Positions 28,428-41,624 of a DNA stretch of 64,000 bases are shown in pieces. Source of the DNA: Octopus vulgaris. Lineage: Eukaryota. The position numbers were made by a program, and so were the translations under genes. The notes below the pieces were generated by a model. That model did no database searches and was not told the origin of the DNA. It was given only the letters and a program-made list of their open reading frames with translations. The stretch is from contig OX597819.1 in the NCBI GenBank assembly GCA_951406725.2, positions 111,228,001-111,292,000 on the forward strand, given 5' to 3'. Numbering within the stretch: position 1 is the first letter of the stretch; every line of letters starts with the position of its first letter.

Positions 28428-28632
28428 GAAAGAAAGAAAGAAAGAAGGAAAGAAAGATGGAAAGAAGGAAGAAAGGAAGGAAGGAAGAAAGAATATGATC
28501 ATGGCTGAAATATCTTTGACCATAGGGCTGCTCGATCAGGCCGACTCAGGGCTAAACAACAGCAACATCAATGATCACAAACACGCAGAAATATCTGTAC
28601 GCTTCATTTCACATATCCAGCAACACATAAAT

Positions 28633-28667
<35 letters not shown>

Positions 28668-29269
28668 TTCACACACACAAACAGCGATACACACATGTAC
28701 ACATGCACGCACGCGCAGGCCCACATACATTGTCTAGCTCGATAGCTGACCTTATCTTAATTACGAAGAACGATCACGTGATTTACCCATAATCCACAGC
28801 GTTCATCATTGATGGCTCGCCATTTTTCATTTAATCATTTTATTTGTTAAATTGAGGAAATGCCCAAGGTTCTATGTGTGTGTGTGTGTGTGTGTTTCTG
28901 TGTATTTATATACGAACGTGTATGTTTTTATATAGCTGTGTAAGCCACAAGGTCCTTTTTTTCCATAAAGGTAGAACCTAGCTGTTTGGTAAATAAAAAT
29001 CGATAAAATTGTGCTAAACTGTAATAAATACTGGGTCGATGCGATCGATTAAACTACTTTTGAAGACGTTTCTCTGGCATGGCCGCACTTCGATGACGGG
29101 AGTCAATCAAAGAATAAAAAAATATTGTTAAAACATATTGAACGAAAATACATATTAATAATTAAAATCTACATTGGATTAGAAGAGGGGGAGAAAAGCT
29201 TCTTATATTTGTTTCAGTCATTTGACTGCGGCCATGCAGGAGGATTAATATATGTATATATTAGTTATT

Positions 29270-29464
29270 TCTACTATAGGCACAATTTATAGGAAATTTG
29301 GAGGAGGGGGACAGTCGATTACATCAACCCAAGTACTCAACTAACCCCGAAAAAATGAAAGGCAAAGTCAACCTCGGCGGAATTTGAACTCAGAATGTAG
29401 CGATAGACGAAGTACCACTAGGCATTTCGCTCGGCGCTGTAACGATTCTGCCAGCTCGCCGCCT
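29270..29464 (-). mobile_element. SINE family B
   Basis: gaaaggcaaagtcaacctcggcggaatttgaactcagaa...ttctgccagctcgccgcc. Confidence 0.75.
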
Positions 29465-30023
29465 TGTATATATATATATTTTAATGGTAAAAGGAGAGTC
29501 GAGTAAAGTCATCAGGGAATATAACAATATAGTCAACAGCGATTGCTAAATTCTGGTATTTGGAACATAAATTACTCTTTTACTCGTTTCTGTCATTTGA
29601 CTGCGGCCATGCTGGTGCACCGCCTCTAGTCGAGCAAAAAAAGCAATAAACACGAAGCTTTAGCGAAAGCTTTATTAACGACATTCAATGAATGAGTGGA
29701 GACAAGAATCTAAAATTCATTTCTTTTAGAAACGATGTCATCTGAAAATTATAGATCATTGGTTTGAGACTTACGTGTTTCTTCTTACCTCTATCTTCTA
29801 CGTTTTAATGGTTTCAGCAAACATGGTGGGGCACACCTTCAAAGGTTTATTCAAACTAATCGACCCCAGTATTTATTTTAAGGCTGGTACATATTCAAAA
29901 GTTTTATTTTACCGAATAGCTTTGTTTTATGGATGTAAAGAAACAAACACCGGTTGTCAAGTTGTCGAGTGAGAACAAAAACAGAGACACACACGCTTAT
30001 GCATACATACATACACACATACG

Positions 30024-30097
<74 letters not shown>

Positions 30098-30286
30098 TGT
30101 ATGTATGTATGTATTATGTATGTTTATAATTTTAATAATATAGGGTAAAAGTGCCTCGCCACGTACTGAATTAGAAATATACGCTAGAGACGTCTTTACT
30201 ACCATAAAAAGTCTTCGAGAAATAACACACTTTTAACGTAAGCAATAGAGAAATAATGAATGAACAAGGCATGGTTAGTTATCTAT

Positions 30287-30335
<49 letters not shown>

Positions 30336-30341
<6 letters not shown>

Positions 30342-30480
30342 GTCATCCTTTAAATAATGTGTTGTTTTTTTTTCAATTGCATGAACCAAAAGTTTGAGGG
30401 GGAGGGATAAACTACCTGCATGAACTTGCTATAAAAGAAGGTATTAATCTTACCTTGTACTTATTCTCAGCGCAAGTTTG
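30336..30480 (+). mobile_element. Tc1/mariner left-end fragment
   Basis: TA followed by ttgggtcat...aaataatgtg, a mariner-like terminus; homologous to 47863-48075. Confidence 0.6.
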
Positions 30481-30517
30481 TCGTCGGGCGAGTTAAAGCG
30501 TAGCTGAAGTGTGATTA

Positions 30518-32562
30518 TTGATTGATGTTGTCATTCGAATTATTGTTGCTCTCTATCGAGAGATAGCTATGGCTAAAAGTTATTTTTATTCGGACCTTAG
30601 TGGTTCCGAATTGTCCTCTTCGGAGGAGAAAATGGTTCTCACAATCGAAAAGATGGATAAATTACTGAAAAAGAAGAGCTTCGCTGAAGCGGCAGAAGTA
30701 AAGAAGAAAGACCTGAACCTGGCAAATATCAAAAGAGACGAAAAAATGGTGATTTTAGGCTGTCACCACCCCAGAAGAAATTAATAGAAAAACCATGATA
30801 TACAAAGTCTACTCGATACAGAAAAGAAAAATCGACCACATGGAAGAAGGAATTTTAGAAAATGTATTATATTTAGTCTGGCCTGACATTACTTACTTGG
30901 TCAGAGGGAATAAATACGGAACTATCATATTCCACTACAAAACAGAAGAAAAAGCAAGAGAATACGCGGTAAAAACAATAAAGACGGATAAGGTGGTCCT
31001 TCTACCAACTTATATGGGAAGAAGGACGTCAAAGATAAAGGTGGAAGGAATTCCACCGGAAATTAATTTGGCTTGGGTCGTGGCAGCTGTTCTCCTGGGA
31101 AGAGGAGAAGTAGCCGTCCTCAAACCCAAAAACCGTCGGCTCGGTTTGGAGAAGCCAAATGTTGGAACTAATCGTACAGGCAGAAGGAAAGGCACTAGAA
31201 AATTCTTCAGAGACGGTATGAATAGGAGACCTGGGGTTGAAAGTGTGTGTGTGGGGGGGGGGGCAGGGCTCCGCGTTGTTTTAAATGTGGCCTAAATGGC
31301 CACATTACAGCACACTGCCCTCAGCAGAAGCAGACAGAAGAAAGGATACCGGAAAAGAAGCAAGAAGTGGAAAAAGAAAAAAAGAAAGAAGACGAATGGA
31401 AGATTGCTGAAGAAAAAGGAAGAGAAAAAAGAAACAGTATATTGTGGAACCCCAAACACTGGCAGGTCCATATAGGCTGGAATTTCTGAACGCTCAATTG
31501 TGGATATGGTCAAGCAGCGACGGATCTTCCAGGTCGTTCTTAGATAGGGTGTTAATTAGAAAAGCAGATACAAATATAGCTAGGTGTCCACAGTTTCATT
31601 CGGTCAGCTACAGTGATCATAAAATGCTCACCTGTAAGCTTGACATAGATAAGCTATATAATAGATGTCCCGGCTACTAGAAACTTTGGCGATTAAGGAG
31701 TACAAAGACCAGATTAAGTTATTGATCTAGAGGACATTAACCGGTTCCATTATTAATAATAGACGGTGGCATGCCCTCAAGCGAGCCATTAAATGTAAGT
31801 CTAGGTTTAGTGGATAGAGAGGCTAGGAGGGAATCAGCTTTAGTTAAGGATTTAGAGGAAAGAACGGAAACTGGCTCTGCGGCTCAGGTGAAGGCTAAGA
31901 GACTGGCATTAAACCAGCACCTCGATTCCAAACACATGGGTTGCATTGTCAGGGCTAGGCTTCGTGCAGTGGGTTGTGACGGAATCAAGGCCGCGGGATG
32001 GGCCCGAGTGGTGAAAGCCCAACGTGGTAATGATGCCACAATCCGATCTTTGTCGAACCAACAAGGTAAGTTGATAGATGAACCCGAGGAGATGTGTGAG
32101 GCTTTTCAGAAGCACTTCGCCCAGCTTTTCGGTGGGGGCGACGGACTGGATAGTTGGAGGGACCTAATGGACTTCCTCGCCGGGATGCCGCGCCTGTCGG
32201 GGCGGAACGCGGATTGCTGTGAAAGGCCAATCACGCCTGAGAAGGTAATTGAGGTTACGGCAGACTGCGGCGCTTTTAAGGCACCAGGACTGGATGGCCT
32301 ACCCTATGAGTTGTATAATAGTATGCCAGACTTGTTCGGGCACCTTCTGGCGAATATCTACACGAACTGCCAGCAGAACGGATTTATTCCCAGATCTGTG
32401 CGCCGGGGAGTAGTGACGCTTGTCAGAAAGGACCCGGACAAGGGGGATTCCGTTGATAATTTTCGGCCTATCACTCTGCTAAACGCAGAGTTGAAGATTT
32501 TGGCCAAAGTGTTATCGAAAAGATTGGCGCGTGTCGCGGATAGTTCTATCGGGGAGGCATAG
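30518..32562 (+). mobile_element. Tx1/L1-group LINE, decayed: ORF1 with zinc knuckle, internally deleted APE endonuclease, N-terminal RT, 3'-truncated
   Basis: CCHC knuckle CFKCGLNGHITAHC (31247 ORF); APE C-terminal motifs LDRVL and SDHKML (31444 ORF); RT N-terminal motifs KAPGLDGLPYELY and NFRPITLLNAELKILAKVLSKRL (31771-32562 ORF). Confidence 0.9.
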
Positions 32563-32889
32563 TTTGTTCTTTCCAAGGGATATTTATCCAAGTGTACACC
32601 CTTTTAATGCCATGTCAATTAACGATACTGGGAATTTATATGTTCATATGTATTAGTGTGTATCGCTGGTTCTTCTCCGATAATTAGTACCTTACGCTCT
32701 TGAAATCACAGTTTTCGCTGTAGATATTTTCATCTTTTCGATATAGGAGAAAATTTTTAACAATTCAAAGAAAATGGACAATGTGTACACAGAATAATCA
32801 ATATATTTATTGATCAATAATCAATATATTAATCAATATAATAATATATATAATAATAGAATAATCAATATATTAATAGCTAATTCATA

Positions 32890-32985
32890 TTGCCTACGTG
32901 CGTTTCGGTTTCAATCACTTAAATCCATATCATGCAATTAAATTGCATTATGAATTTTAAAAAGCAAAAACCTTCGCCAGGACAA
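32890..32985 (-). ncRNA. Type I hammerhead-like motif with long stem II insertion (Penelope pLTR-like)
   Basis: UUGUC-CUGGCGA-A-GGUUU...AAACC-GAAAC-GCAC-GUA-GGCAA: 5-bp stem I with one G.U pair, 5-bp stem II, A6G change in the core. Confidence 0.5.
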
Positions 32986-34353
32986 GTATTTATCGAAGTA
33001 AAAATTTTTTTCCATACATCCTCAACGGCTGGAGAATTCATTTTAATTGAATTGTAATCTGTGCATCTTGAATTCAGTTCTAAAAATAGCTAGAGGCTGA
33101 TTTTTACCCCACCGGACATGGGATAGGTATAGTTCAGCAGAAGTAGGTCATATTACTACCCACTCTTTTTAGTGGCACACTAAAGACGGCGTTTTACAAG
33201 CTGGTCATTTATCATTATCTCTAAAACGCATTCCTCATTAACTCATTAACCCTAACTGTACAGGTTTATATACCGCCCATTTCTAATTTGTACTATCTAT
33301 CATGTTCACAATATATCTAAAGTTTCTCATTTATAGGTAAAATATAAATCTAAGTATGTACTTATTTGTTATCAATTATTTTTTGTTTATACTTATTGTA
33401 AGAAGTGGTTACTAATATAAATTATTTATTTAGATATATTACTTCATAGTTTACTTTCGTACCTATACTTGTCAATTTAATTAATGGTATAGATGTATGA
33501 TTCTTATTTACTATGGACAGAGTGTTTATTTCTATCTAAATTTACTTAATTACAAAGAAATACCTTTAAGGAACTTAGGTATTGTATTATTCATACAGTG
33601 TTTATTTAGATTAAATTTATTTAAAATCAATAAATATAAATATAAAGTTTTTAACTTTATGAATAGACAAGAAATCCTTTTCCCTCTTATTAATAGTATA
33701 ATTAATTTAGATATATTAGTTGATAGGCTGGGTTCCTACATTATTCTTCAATTTAATTAATAGTGTAGAGGTAAAATTCTTAGGTAGCATATACATGGTG
33801 TATAATTCTTTAATTAAAACTCTTTAAAAACCACGAAAGTATATTTAGCTTTAATAATAATTCTAATGTATAATTGTATTATTCACTCAGCTTCTATTTA
33901 GTTATTTACATTTGAATTTATTTAAATTTAGTAAGTGTATATTTAACCCTATGCACAGAATAAAAACCACTTTCTCTCTTATTGTTTAATAATAATTTGT
34001 GTTTTTGGTGTAAGAATTTGATATATGCATATATACCTCACAAGGTATTGTTTGGCCTAGGGTTTATAGTAGAAGAGACTTGCCCAAAGTACTGTGCAGT
34101 GGGACTGAACTCAAAACCGAGTGGTCTAAAGTGAATTTCAGACAGACGGATATGTTCCCATGTATGTTTTATATCCTCCATATCTGGCGAGGCGGACGTG
34201 GCTCATCTTCATTGATAACTACTGGAAAGGAATCTCAGATGTTTATTGTTATCGGGGAGGAAGATTTGGTTTTAATTATCATTGTGAGAATCACGGAAAT
34301 AAGTATAAAGTTTAAATGAAGAGAGGAAGAAAGAGTAGAGGGAAGGGAAGAGT

Positions 34354-34396
<43 letters not shown>

Positions 34397-34809
34397 AGGG
34401 AAACAGAAAAGAAGAGAGAAATAGAGAGAGAGAATCGAGTGTTTTAGGTAGACTTGTGTGAAGCTAGTATGTAATTAGCTGTTCTTTTTTCGTCACAATT
34501 TTGTCCTTCTACTGTCAAATATAGCGTATAGCAAATTAAAGAATTTATTTGATAAATATCGCAGAATTGTAGAATTGATATTGTTGTTCGTTAATAAATA
34601 AATAAATAAATAAATATATGATTTCATTATTGATAATGACATATATAGAGACTGCAAATTACCCCACCAAATTAACTCATCTTTCACATCAGACAAACTA
34701 CATTACTAGTGTGTTAGCAATGTTTACTATCAGACCATGTGGTTCGATTTAAGCTGTCAGAAAGACTAAATCGTCGCTCAAATTTTGCTATGCTTACTAT
34801 GAGTATCAG

Positions 34810-35000
34810 TTTTTACGTTCTGAGTTCAAGTTCCACCGAGGTCGACTTTGTCGTTTATCCTTTCGGCGTCGATAAATGAAGTACCACTTGCATAGTATGT
34901 TCGATCCCCCAAAAGTCGAGCCTTGTGCCTAGAATAGAAAAGAGTATATGTACATGTATATATGTACATATATAAAGAAAAGAATATATGTATATTGAAC
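34810..35000 (+). mobile_element. SINE family B 3' part plus a flank shared with 40720-40928
   Basis: Family B body; the same ~60-bp downstream flank follows the copy at 40662. Confidence 0.7.
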
Positions 35001-35370
35001 ACATTCGACAGTAAGTATATCAAACAAAGTATATAAGACAGAACAGTACATCAGGCAAAATACATTAGACAAGATATCAGAGGGAGTGCATCAGACAAGT
35101 ACATCGTGTGTAGAGATGATTATGCTGGGAGGATGAAGATGACGACGACGATGATCGTGACACTGACAATAATGAGGTGCCTATGTTGATGATGATGGAA
35201 ACGAGGAGGAGGAAGATTAGTACCAGTTTTCACTAGTTGGCGTCGAAATTTGCAAAGGAAGGACATACGTACAAATCAATTGCAACCAAGGAACTTGTGG
35301 CCCATGGTGGGGAAAATTAGAAAATTGGAAAGGGTGGGAGTTTCAGCTGAGAAATTAAGAAGAATTTGAA

Positions 35371-35682
35371 GGCACATGACTCAATGATTAGAGCATCGGG
35401 CTCTCAATCATGAGGTAGTGAGTTCGATTCTTGGACCGGGTTGTGTGTTATGCTCTTGGGCAAGACACTTTATTTCACCCTGCCCCAGTTCACTCAGCTG
35501 TAGAAATGACTTGCGACGTCTCCGGTGCCAAGCTGAATCAGGCTTTCCCTTTCCCTTGGATAACATCAGAGGCGTGGAGATGAGAGGCTGGCATGCATAG
35601 GCGACTGCTGGTCTTCCATAAACAACCTTGGTTGGACATGTGCAAAGGAAGGTAACCTTCTAGGTGCAATCCCATGGTCATT
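35371..35682 (+). mobile_element. tRNA-derived SINE family C, CORE-like variant
   Basis: tRNA-like head followed by CORE-like cttgggcaagacactttatttcac...cagttcactcagctgtagaaatg. Confidence 0.7.
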
Positions 35683-35938
35683 ATATATATATACATAGGT
35701 ATTCTCCATTATAGTATGGATAGAATAAGCAAAAAAAAAAAAGATTTAGGGATGCAACACAAAACAAAAATGGGTAAAGCGAAGGAGAAATGAAAAACTG
35801 TCCTAAAAGACTATATTAACGGAAGGGGTAACTTAACCATTATGCTCACCATTGAAAGCAGCAGAGCCCGAATCATTAGCGTGTCGAACAAAATATTTGG
35901 CAGCATTTTTTCCAGCTCTTTACTCTCTGATAAGTGAA

Positions 35939-36238
35939 GGCACATGGCCTAGTGGTTAGAGCAGCAGACTCGCGGTCGAGGGATCGCGGGTTCGAATCTC
36001 AGACCGGGCGATGTGTGTGTTTATGAGCGAAACACCTAACCTCTACGCGGCTCCGGCACAAGGTAATGGCGAACTTCTACTGACACTTTCGCCACAACTT
36101 TCTCTCACTCTTTCCTCCTGCATCTTGCAGCTCACCTGCGATGGACCGGCGTCCCGTCCAGGTGGGGAACCTATACGCCACGAAACCGGGAAACCGGCCC
36201 TAATGAGCCAGGTGTGGCTCGAGAAGGAACAAACAACC
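35939..36238 (+). mobile_element. tRNA-derived SINE family C, full length, nested in an old family B copy
   Basis: ggcacatggcctagtggttagagcagc...gggttcgaatctc (A and B boxes); tail cctgcgatggaccggcgtcccgtccagg...gaaaccggga; flanking tctgataa repeats. Confidence 0.8.
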
Positions 36239-36439
36239 TTCTGATAAAAAAAAAAGAACAAATACATAACTTCTGTTATATTTTTCTCCCTGAGTTAAAA
36301 TTCCACTTCGGTCGACTTTGTTTTTTATCCTTTCAGTGTCGATAAACTAAGTACTAGTTTAGCACTGGGGTCTAAGGTGGGGACTAGCCCCATGCTCCAA
36401 AATTGCCGGCCTTGAGCCACTATGACAACGACCACTGTC

Positions 36440-36870
36440 GATAACAACCATCATCATTATCATCATCATCATCATCATCATCGTCATAGCTACTATCAAC
36501 ATCAGGAGTGCTACCACCGTCAACACTACTACCAAGAAGGACACTATTTCCGCCACTGCCACCACCTCTATAACTATCATCACACCACCACACCACCGCA
36601 AATATGCTCACCATCACTCACATAAACACCAACATAACCACCTTCAGTACCACTACCACCACAAATACCACCACCACCACCATCTCAACCTTAGCCGCCG
36701 CCACCACCTCCACCACCACCACCATCTCAACCTTCGCCGCCGCCACCACCACCACCACCACCACCACCACCACCTCCTCCACCACCACCTCCTCCTCCTC
36801 CTCCACCACCACCACCTCCACCACCACCACCACCACCACCACCACCACCACCACCACCACCACCACCACC
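36440..36870. repeat. (CAT)n / (CAC)n trinucleotide tracts
   Basis: Direct inspection. Confidence 0.9.
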
Positions 36871-37379
36871 AAAAACAAAATAACACACACACGTCTGAAG
36901 GTTATTTTGGAACATCTTTGCCTAACTAGTAAATAGGTGAGGTATGGTGGTAGGAGTAATAACGCAGAGGTGGCAGGAGGTGCAGGCTTGCACTCATCAG
37001 GTAGCCATGACAACATGGCTTTCAAAATGGCGGGGAATACTCACAGAGATGACATGTGATGTCAGGCGTAACGACATCGATCCGGTTTCGAGTCTTGCTA
37101 AGAGATCACAGAGTACGAACACGTCACAATGCGACAACATCACAGCGGTAGTGTTCGTGTATATGACTGTATATATGTCGATAGGTTTGTGTGTGTGTGT
37201 CTCTATGTGTGTGTGTATTTGTGTTTATGTTTGTGTTCTCCACTATGTTACTGCGTGTATGTCAATGTGTGCGTGTATGCGTGTGTTTGTGTTCGTAAGT
37301 GTATGTACATGTATCTGTGTTTGTATTTGCACATACATTATGAGAGGCATTTTGTGTATGTGTGCGTGTGTTTGTGTGC

Positions 37380-37429
<50 letters not shown>

Positions 37430-37652
37430 ACGTGTATTTATGTTTATTTGTGCTTATGCGTTTTGTGTGTATGTGTTTGTGTGTGCTTCTATGCATATTT
37501 GTGTTCAAGTGTGTACTAGTCTACGTATGTCTGCGTCTATACTTGTATTTGTGATTATGAGTATGTTTTTATGCGTATATTGACGTATGTATAAATGGGT
37601 GTGTTTTGCGTACGCATGTGTGTGTATGTGTACACCAGCGTGCATATATGTA

Positions 37653-37721
<69 letters not shown>

Positions 37722-37987
37722 TTCTGTATGTATCTCTGTTTGTGTGTGTTTTGTATGTGGCCATGTTTGTGTGTTTGTATGTGTGTGATTGCGTGCACAG
37801 AGTTACGTTTAAGAATGTGTTTGTGCCCCTGTTAGTGTGCTTGGGTATAAATATGTTTTCGTGTGTATGTATGTGTTCCTGTATGTGTGTACATACGTGT
37901 TTATAATTTTTCTGATTGTATGATGTGATGTCATGTCGTATGGTACACTAGAATGTATGTTTAGAGTGGTGTGGCCATTGCGGTAAT

Positions 37988-38000
37988 ATGATGGTGATAG

Positions 38001-38057
<57 letters not shown>

Positions 38058-38470
38058 CAGTAGCAGCAGTAGTAGTAGTAGTAGTAGTAGTAGTAATAGT
38101 AGTTGTGGTGGTGGTAGCAGTGGTATTAGTAGTAGTAGTAGTAGCAGCAGCAGCAGTGGTAGTGATAGCAGTGGTAGTCCTTGTAGTGATGTTGGTGGCG
38201 ATGTTAATTCTTGTGGTTGTCGTGTTGATGATTGTGGTGGTGGTGTTGGCGTTGGAGGTGATGAAGTGATGGTAGGAGTAATAATGGTGATGGTGGAAGA
38301 TGGTGGTGTTGGTGTTTGGAGTGATGATTTTGGTTTTGGTGGTTCCTGTCGTAACTGTTTAGGTGGTTGTTGTTGTAGTTGTTGTTGTTTCGGTTGTATT
38401 TGTAGTAACGGTAGTAGTGGTGATGGTTGTGTTGGTGATTACGTGGTTGGTAGTGGTAGCCATGGTGATG
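37988..38470. repeat. (GTA)n / (GGT)n low-complexity tract
   Basis: Direct inspection. Confidence 0.9.
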
Positions 38471-38997
38471 GAAATAAAATGGCTGTTCAAGTAAAAACCT
38501 CACATGGTTACTAATTACGCCAAAACAATCGATGTTGGCATTGCTGTTGTTGATGTTGTTGCCGCTGCTGTTACTGCTACCGATTAACCCCTAAACATCC
38601 TCGATCAAATGGAACACCTAATAACTGGCATCGCGGTCATGACCATCCCATCGGTTTTTCAATCAACTGTATGTCCCAGAAATACACTATCCCAACTCTT
38701 CTTAAATTTCTACGAGAATAAGACACAAATCGGGAGAGATACGACTGTTATTTTTAAGAATTCGGGTGAACAGGTACAGAGTGAATTACTGGTACGACAT
38801 GCTAATAATTAAGCAACGCGTTAATGACAAATGAAATAAGAACTACATAGTAGTGTTTCGCTAACTTTTAATCGGGCTAACCGATAAAACAGTATTTATT
38901 CTAGTTTTATTTACACCAGAATATATTTAAGATATTTCGTGTTTTACAAGATTATATACGTATATTTATTTATTTAATTATTTTATTGTTTTTGTCT

Positions 38998-39082
38998 TGG
39001 ACCTGAAGAATGGTTATATTTAAAATGAATTGATTTTACTGTTATCTGTTTATTAAATATAGCCACGAAACACGTTTAGTCA
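38998..39082 (+). ncRNA. Degenerate hammerhead-like motif
   Basis: GAC-CUGAAGA-A-UGGUUAUAUUUA...UAAAUAUAGCCA-C-GAAAC-ACGUUUA-GUC: strong stem II, weak stems I and III. Confidence 0.4.
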
Positions 39083-39237
39083 TTTTACCAATTATATATT
39101 TTTTATTTATTATTTTGCACATTACTTAATCATAGGTATATGTTTTTATCTATCTTATATTTAATTTTTTTCTATATGGTATAATTTAATTATTTCATTG
39201 TTTAATTGATAAAAGGCGTTTTTTTCTAATACATATA

Positions 39238-39337
<100 letters not shown>

Positions 39338-39344
39338 ATATATA

Positions 39345-39868
39345 CGAATATAAACAAGAAGGGTAGTAATAATTAGTTACTACCAGGTGCCCAGCACAAA
39401 AGACGAATTAGTCATAAGACAAGATATTAATCATAAAGCTTTATGATTAATAGTTTGTCTTATGACTAATTCGTCTTTTGTGCTGGGCACCTGGTAGTAA
39501 CTAATTATTACTACCCTTCTTGTTTATATTCGCATATTACTTGATGAATTTATTCGTAAAATTCTTCCCGGCATGCCCTATACTGCCGTGTAAGTTTTGC
39601 GTCTGCGCAGAGATTTGAAAAGTTAAGATCTGCTAGTAGTCGAGTTCAACACATGGTCTCACATTGCTGCAGACCTCGATTCAATTTAGGCCACTTGTTG
39701 ATGAAGCCAACCTTAGCAAACATATTCTGTGTTTTGCTAGAAAGAGGCAGAAACTGATCAGTCCGAGGTGTAAGGTTATCGGTAAACGTTTTTGATTTTC
39801 ACTCTTGATAAATTAATCTCCCTTTTGTGTTCCCAGTACTCGGCATCCTAATTTAGGAGCTTAATTTA
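39345..39868 (+). mobile_element. Retrozyme-like / Penelope-mobilised non-coding element with a 5' fold-back palindrome, inserted in (TA)n
   Basis: 94-bp-arm palindrome 39345-39532 centred at 39438/39439 with 2 mismatches; hammerhead at 39692-39770; (TA)n on both sides. Confidence 0.75.
39692..39770 (+). ncRNA. Type I hammerhead ribozyme (C3U variant)
   Basis: CACUUG-UUGAUGA-A-GCC...(UAGCAAA/UUUGCUA)...GGC-A-GAAAC-UGAUCA-GUC^-CGAGGUG; palindromic stem III ACUGAUCAGU; predicted cut after 39763. Confidence 0.7.
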
Positions 39869-39882
39869 TATATATATATATA

Positions 39883-39934
<52 letters not shown>

Positions 39935-40189
39935 TGCATGTATATAAGCAAATAACAAAACAACAAAAGTCAATAGGACGTGCACACATGTATATAATGT
40001 CTCCGATTAAAACAGTAACTAGAGTTGAAACCGGTCAGTTCGAAACTTCTTTTCCTGTCTAAAGGGAAATAAAAAGCAAACATTATATATGTATGTATCT
40101 ATATGTATGTTCGTATGTATGTATGTATTATGTATATATGTATACTTGTATGTATATATATACAATATAAACATACACACACACACATA

Positions 40190-40353
40190 GGCGCAGGAGT
40201 GGCTCTATGGTAAATAGCTTGCTTACCAAGTACATGGTTTCGGTTTGAATCCCAGTGCATGGCATCTTGGGCAAGTGTCTACTGCTATAGCCTCGGCCCA
40301 ATCAAAGCATTGTGAGTGCATTTGATAGATGGAAACTGAAAGGAGCCTGTAGG

Positions 40354-40397
<44 letters not shown>

Positions 40398-40593
40398 TTG
40401 TCCCTCCAACATCGCTTGACATCCGTTGCTGGTGTGTTTACGTTCCCGTAATCTAGGGATTCAGCAAACGTTACCGATAGAATAAGTACTAGGCTTACAA
40501 AGAATAAGTCCTGGGTTCGATTTGCTCGACAAAAAGGCGGTGCTCCGACAAAATGGCATGGCCGCACTCAAATGACTGACACAAATAAAAGAA
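40190..40593 (+). mobile_element. SINE family A, full length
   Basis: ggcgcaggagtggctctatggtaaatagcttgc...gcactcaaatgactgacacaaataaaaga. Confidence 0.85.
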
Positions 40594-40661
40594 TAACAGA
40601 ATGCAGTATGCATATACGTGTGTGCGTGCGCGCGCGCGCGCGTGTGTGTGTGTGTATAAAG

Positions 40662-40873
40662 CGGCTAGCTGGCAGAAACATCAGCACGCCGGATGCGATG
40701 CTTAGTGGTATTTCGTCTGTTTTTACGTTCTGAGTTCAAGTTCCGCCAAGGTCGACTTTGCCGTTTATCCTTCGGCATCGATAAATGAAGTACCAGTTGC
40801 GTACTAGGGTCGATCTAATCGACTGGCCGCCACTCCCCAAAATTTCGAGCCTTGTGCCTAGAGTGGAAAAGAA
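40662..40873 (+). mobile_element. SINE family B
   Basis: gcggctagctggcagaaac...gttctgagttcaagttccgcc...gccttgtgcctagagtggaaaagaat. Confidence 0.8.
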
Positions 40874-41414
40874 TATATTTACATGTATATATGTACATAT
40901 ATAAAGAAAAGAATATATGTACATTGAAGAATGATGAAGAAAGAGGAATTCGGTAATAACCTTCATTAGCTTACAGATTCTGCTAATGAAATTGATTCTG
41001 TGATTCATGTTAATGATAATATTACGCTCTGCTTTCACTGAATATTTAACTCAAAATGCATATTCATATTGAATACTGAAAACTGGTTATTTGAATCGTT
41101 ATGCCAAAGCGAAATCATAACACACGGATACACACATATATGCATATACGTGTGCATTTTTATGAGTTTGTACATATATACATATTTATAGACGTATATG
41201 CATATATATCTGCTTGGTTACATGAGTGTGTATTGGGATATATGCAAAAATGTACATATGCATATATACACACATATATATATATACATATATACACATA
41301 TACATAGAGATACATACGCAGCATTTATTATATATTATGTATATATGAATATGTATATTTATACGTATATATATATACACGCGCATGCATGCATATACAT
41401 ATACATATACATAT

Positions 41415-41498
<84 letters not shown>

Positions 41499-41588
41499 CC
41501 TAATAACAATAACCAATGAAAAGCAATAATATGGAGAAGACAAGATTTAACAAATCTGTCATCTTAATGCTCTAAAAAAATGAAAGTG

Positions 41589-41624
41589 TCTTAATGTTTC
41601 GAATATTAATCTTTCATCAGAAGA
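41589..41624 (-). ncRNA. Degenerate minimal hammerhead-like motif in a pLTR-like fragment
   Basis: UCUU-CUGAUGA-AAGAUUAAUAUUC-GAAAC-AUU-AAGA; same layout as the motif at 14436. Confidence 0.4.

Noticed and set aside
35939-36010. tRNA gene
   Set aside because: tRNA-like A and B boxes are the head of a SINE; no acceptor stem or terminator
36975-37030. Minus-strand GAAA-GCCAUG(UUGU)CAUGGC-UA-C-CUGAUGA-GUGCA..UGCAC resembling a permuted hammerhead
   Set aside because: No stem I between the triplet and the core, and stem II does not close onto GAAA; probably coincidental in a unique, possibly regulatory island
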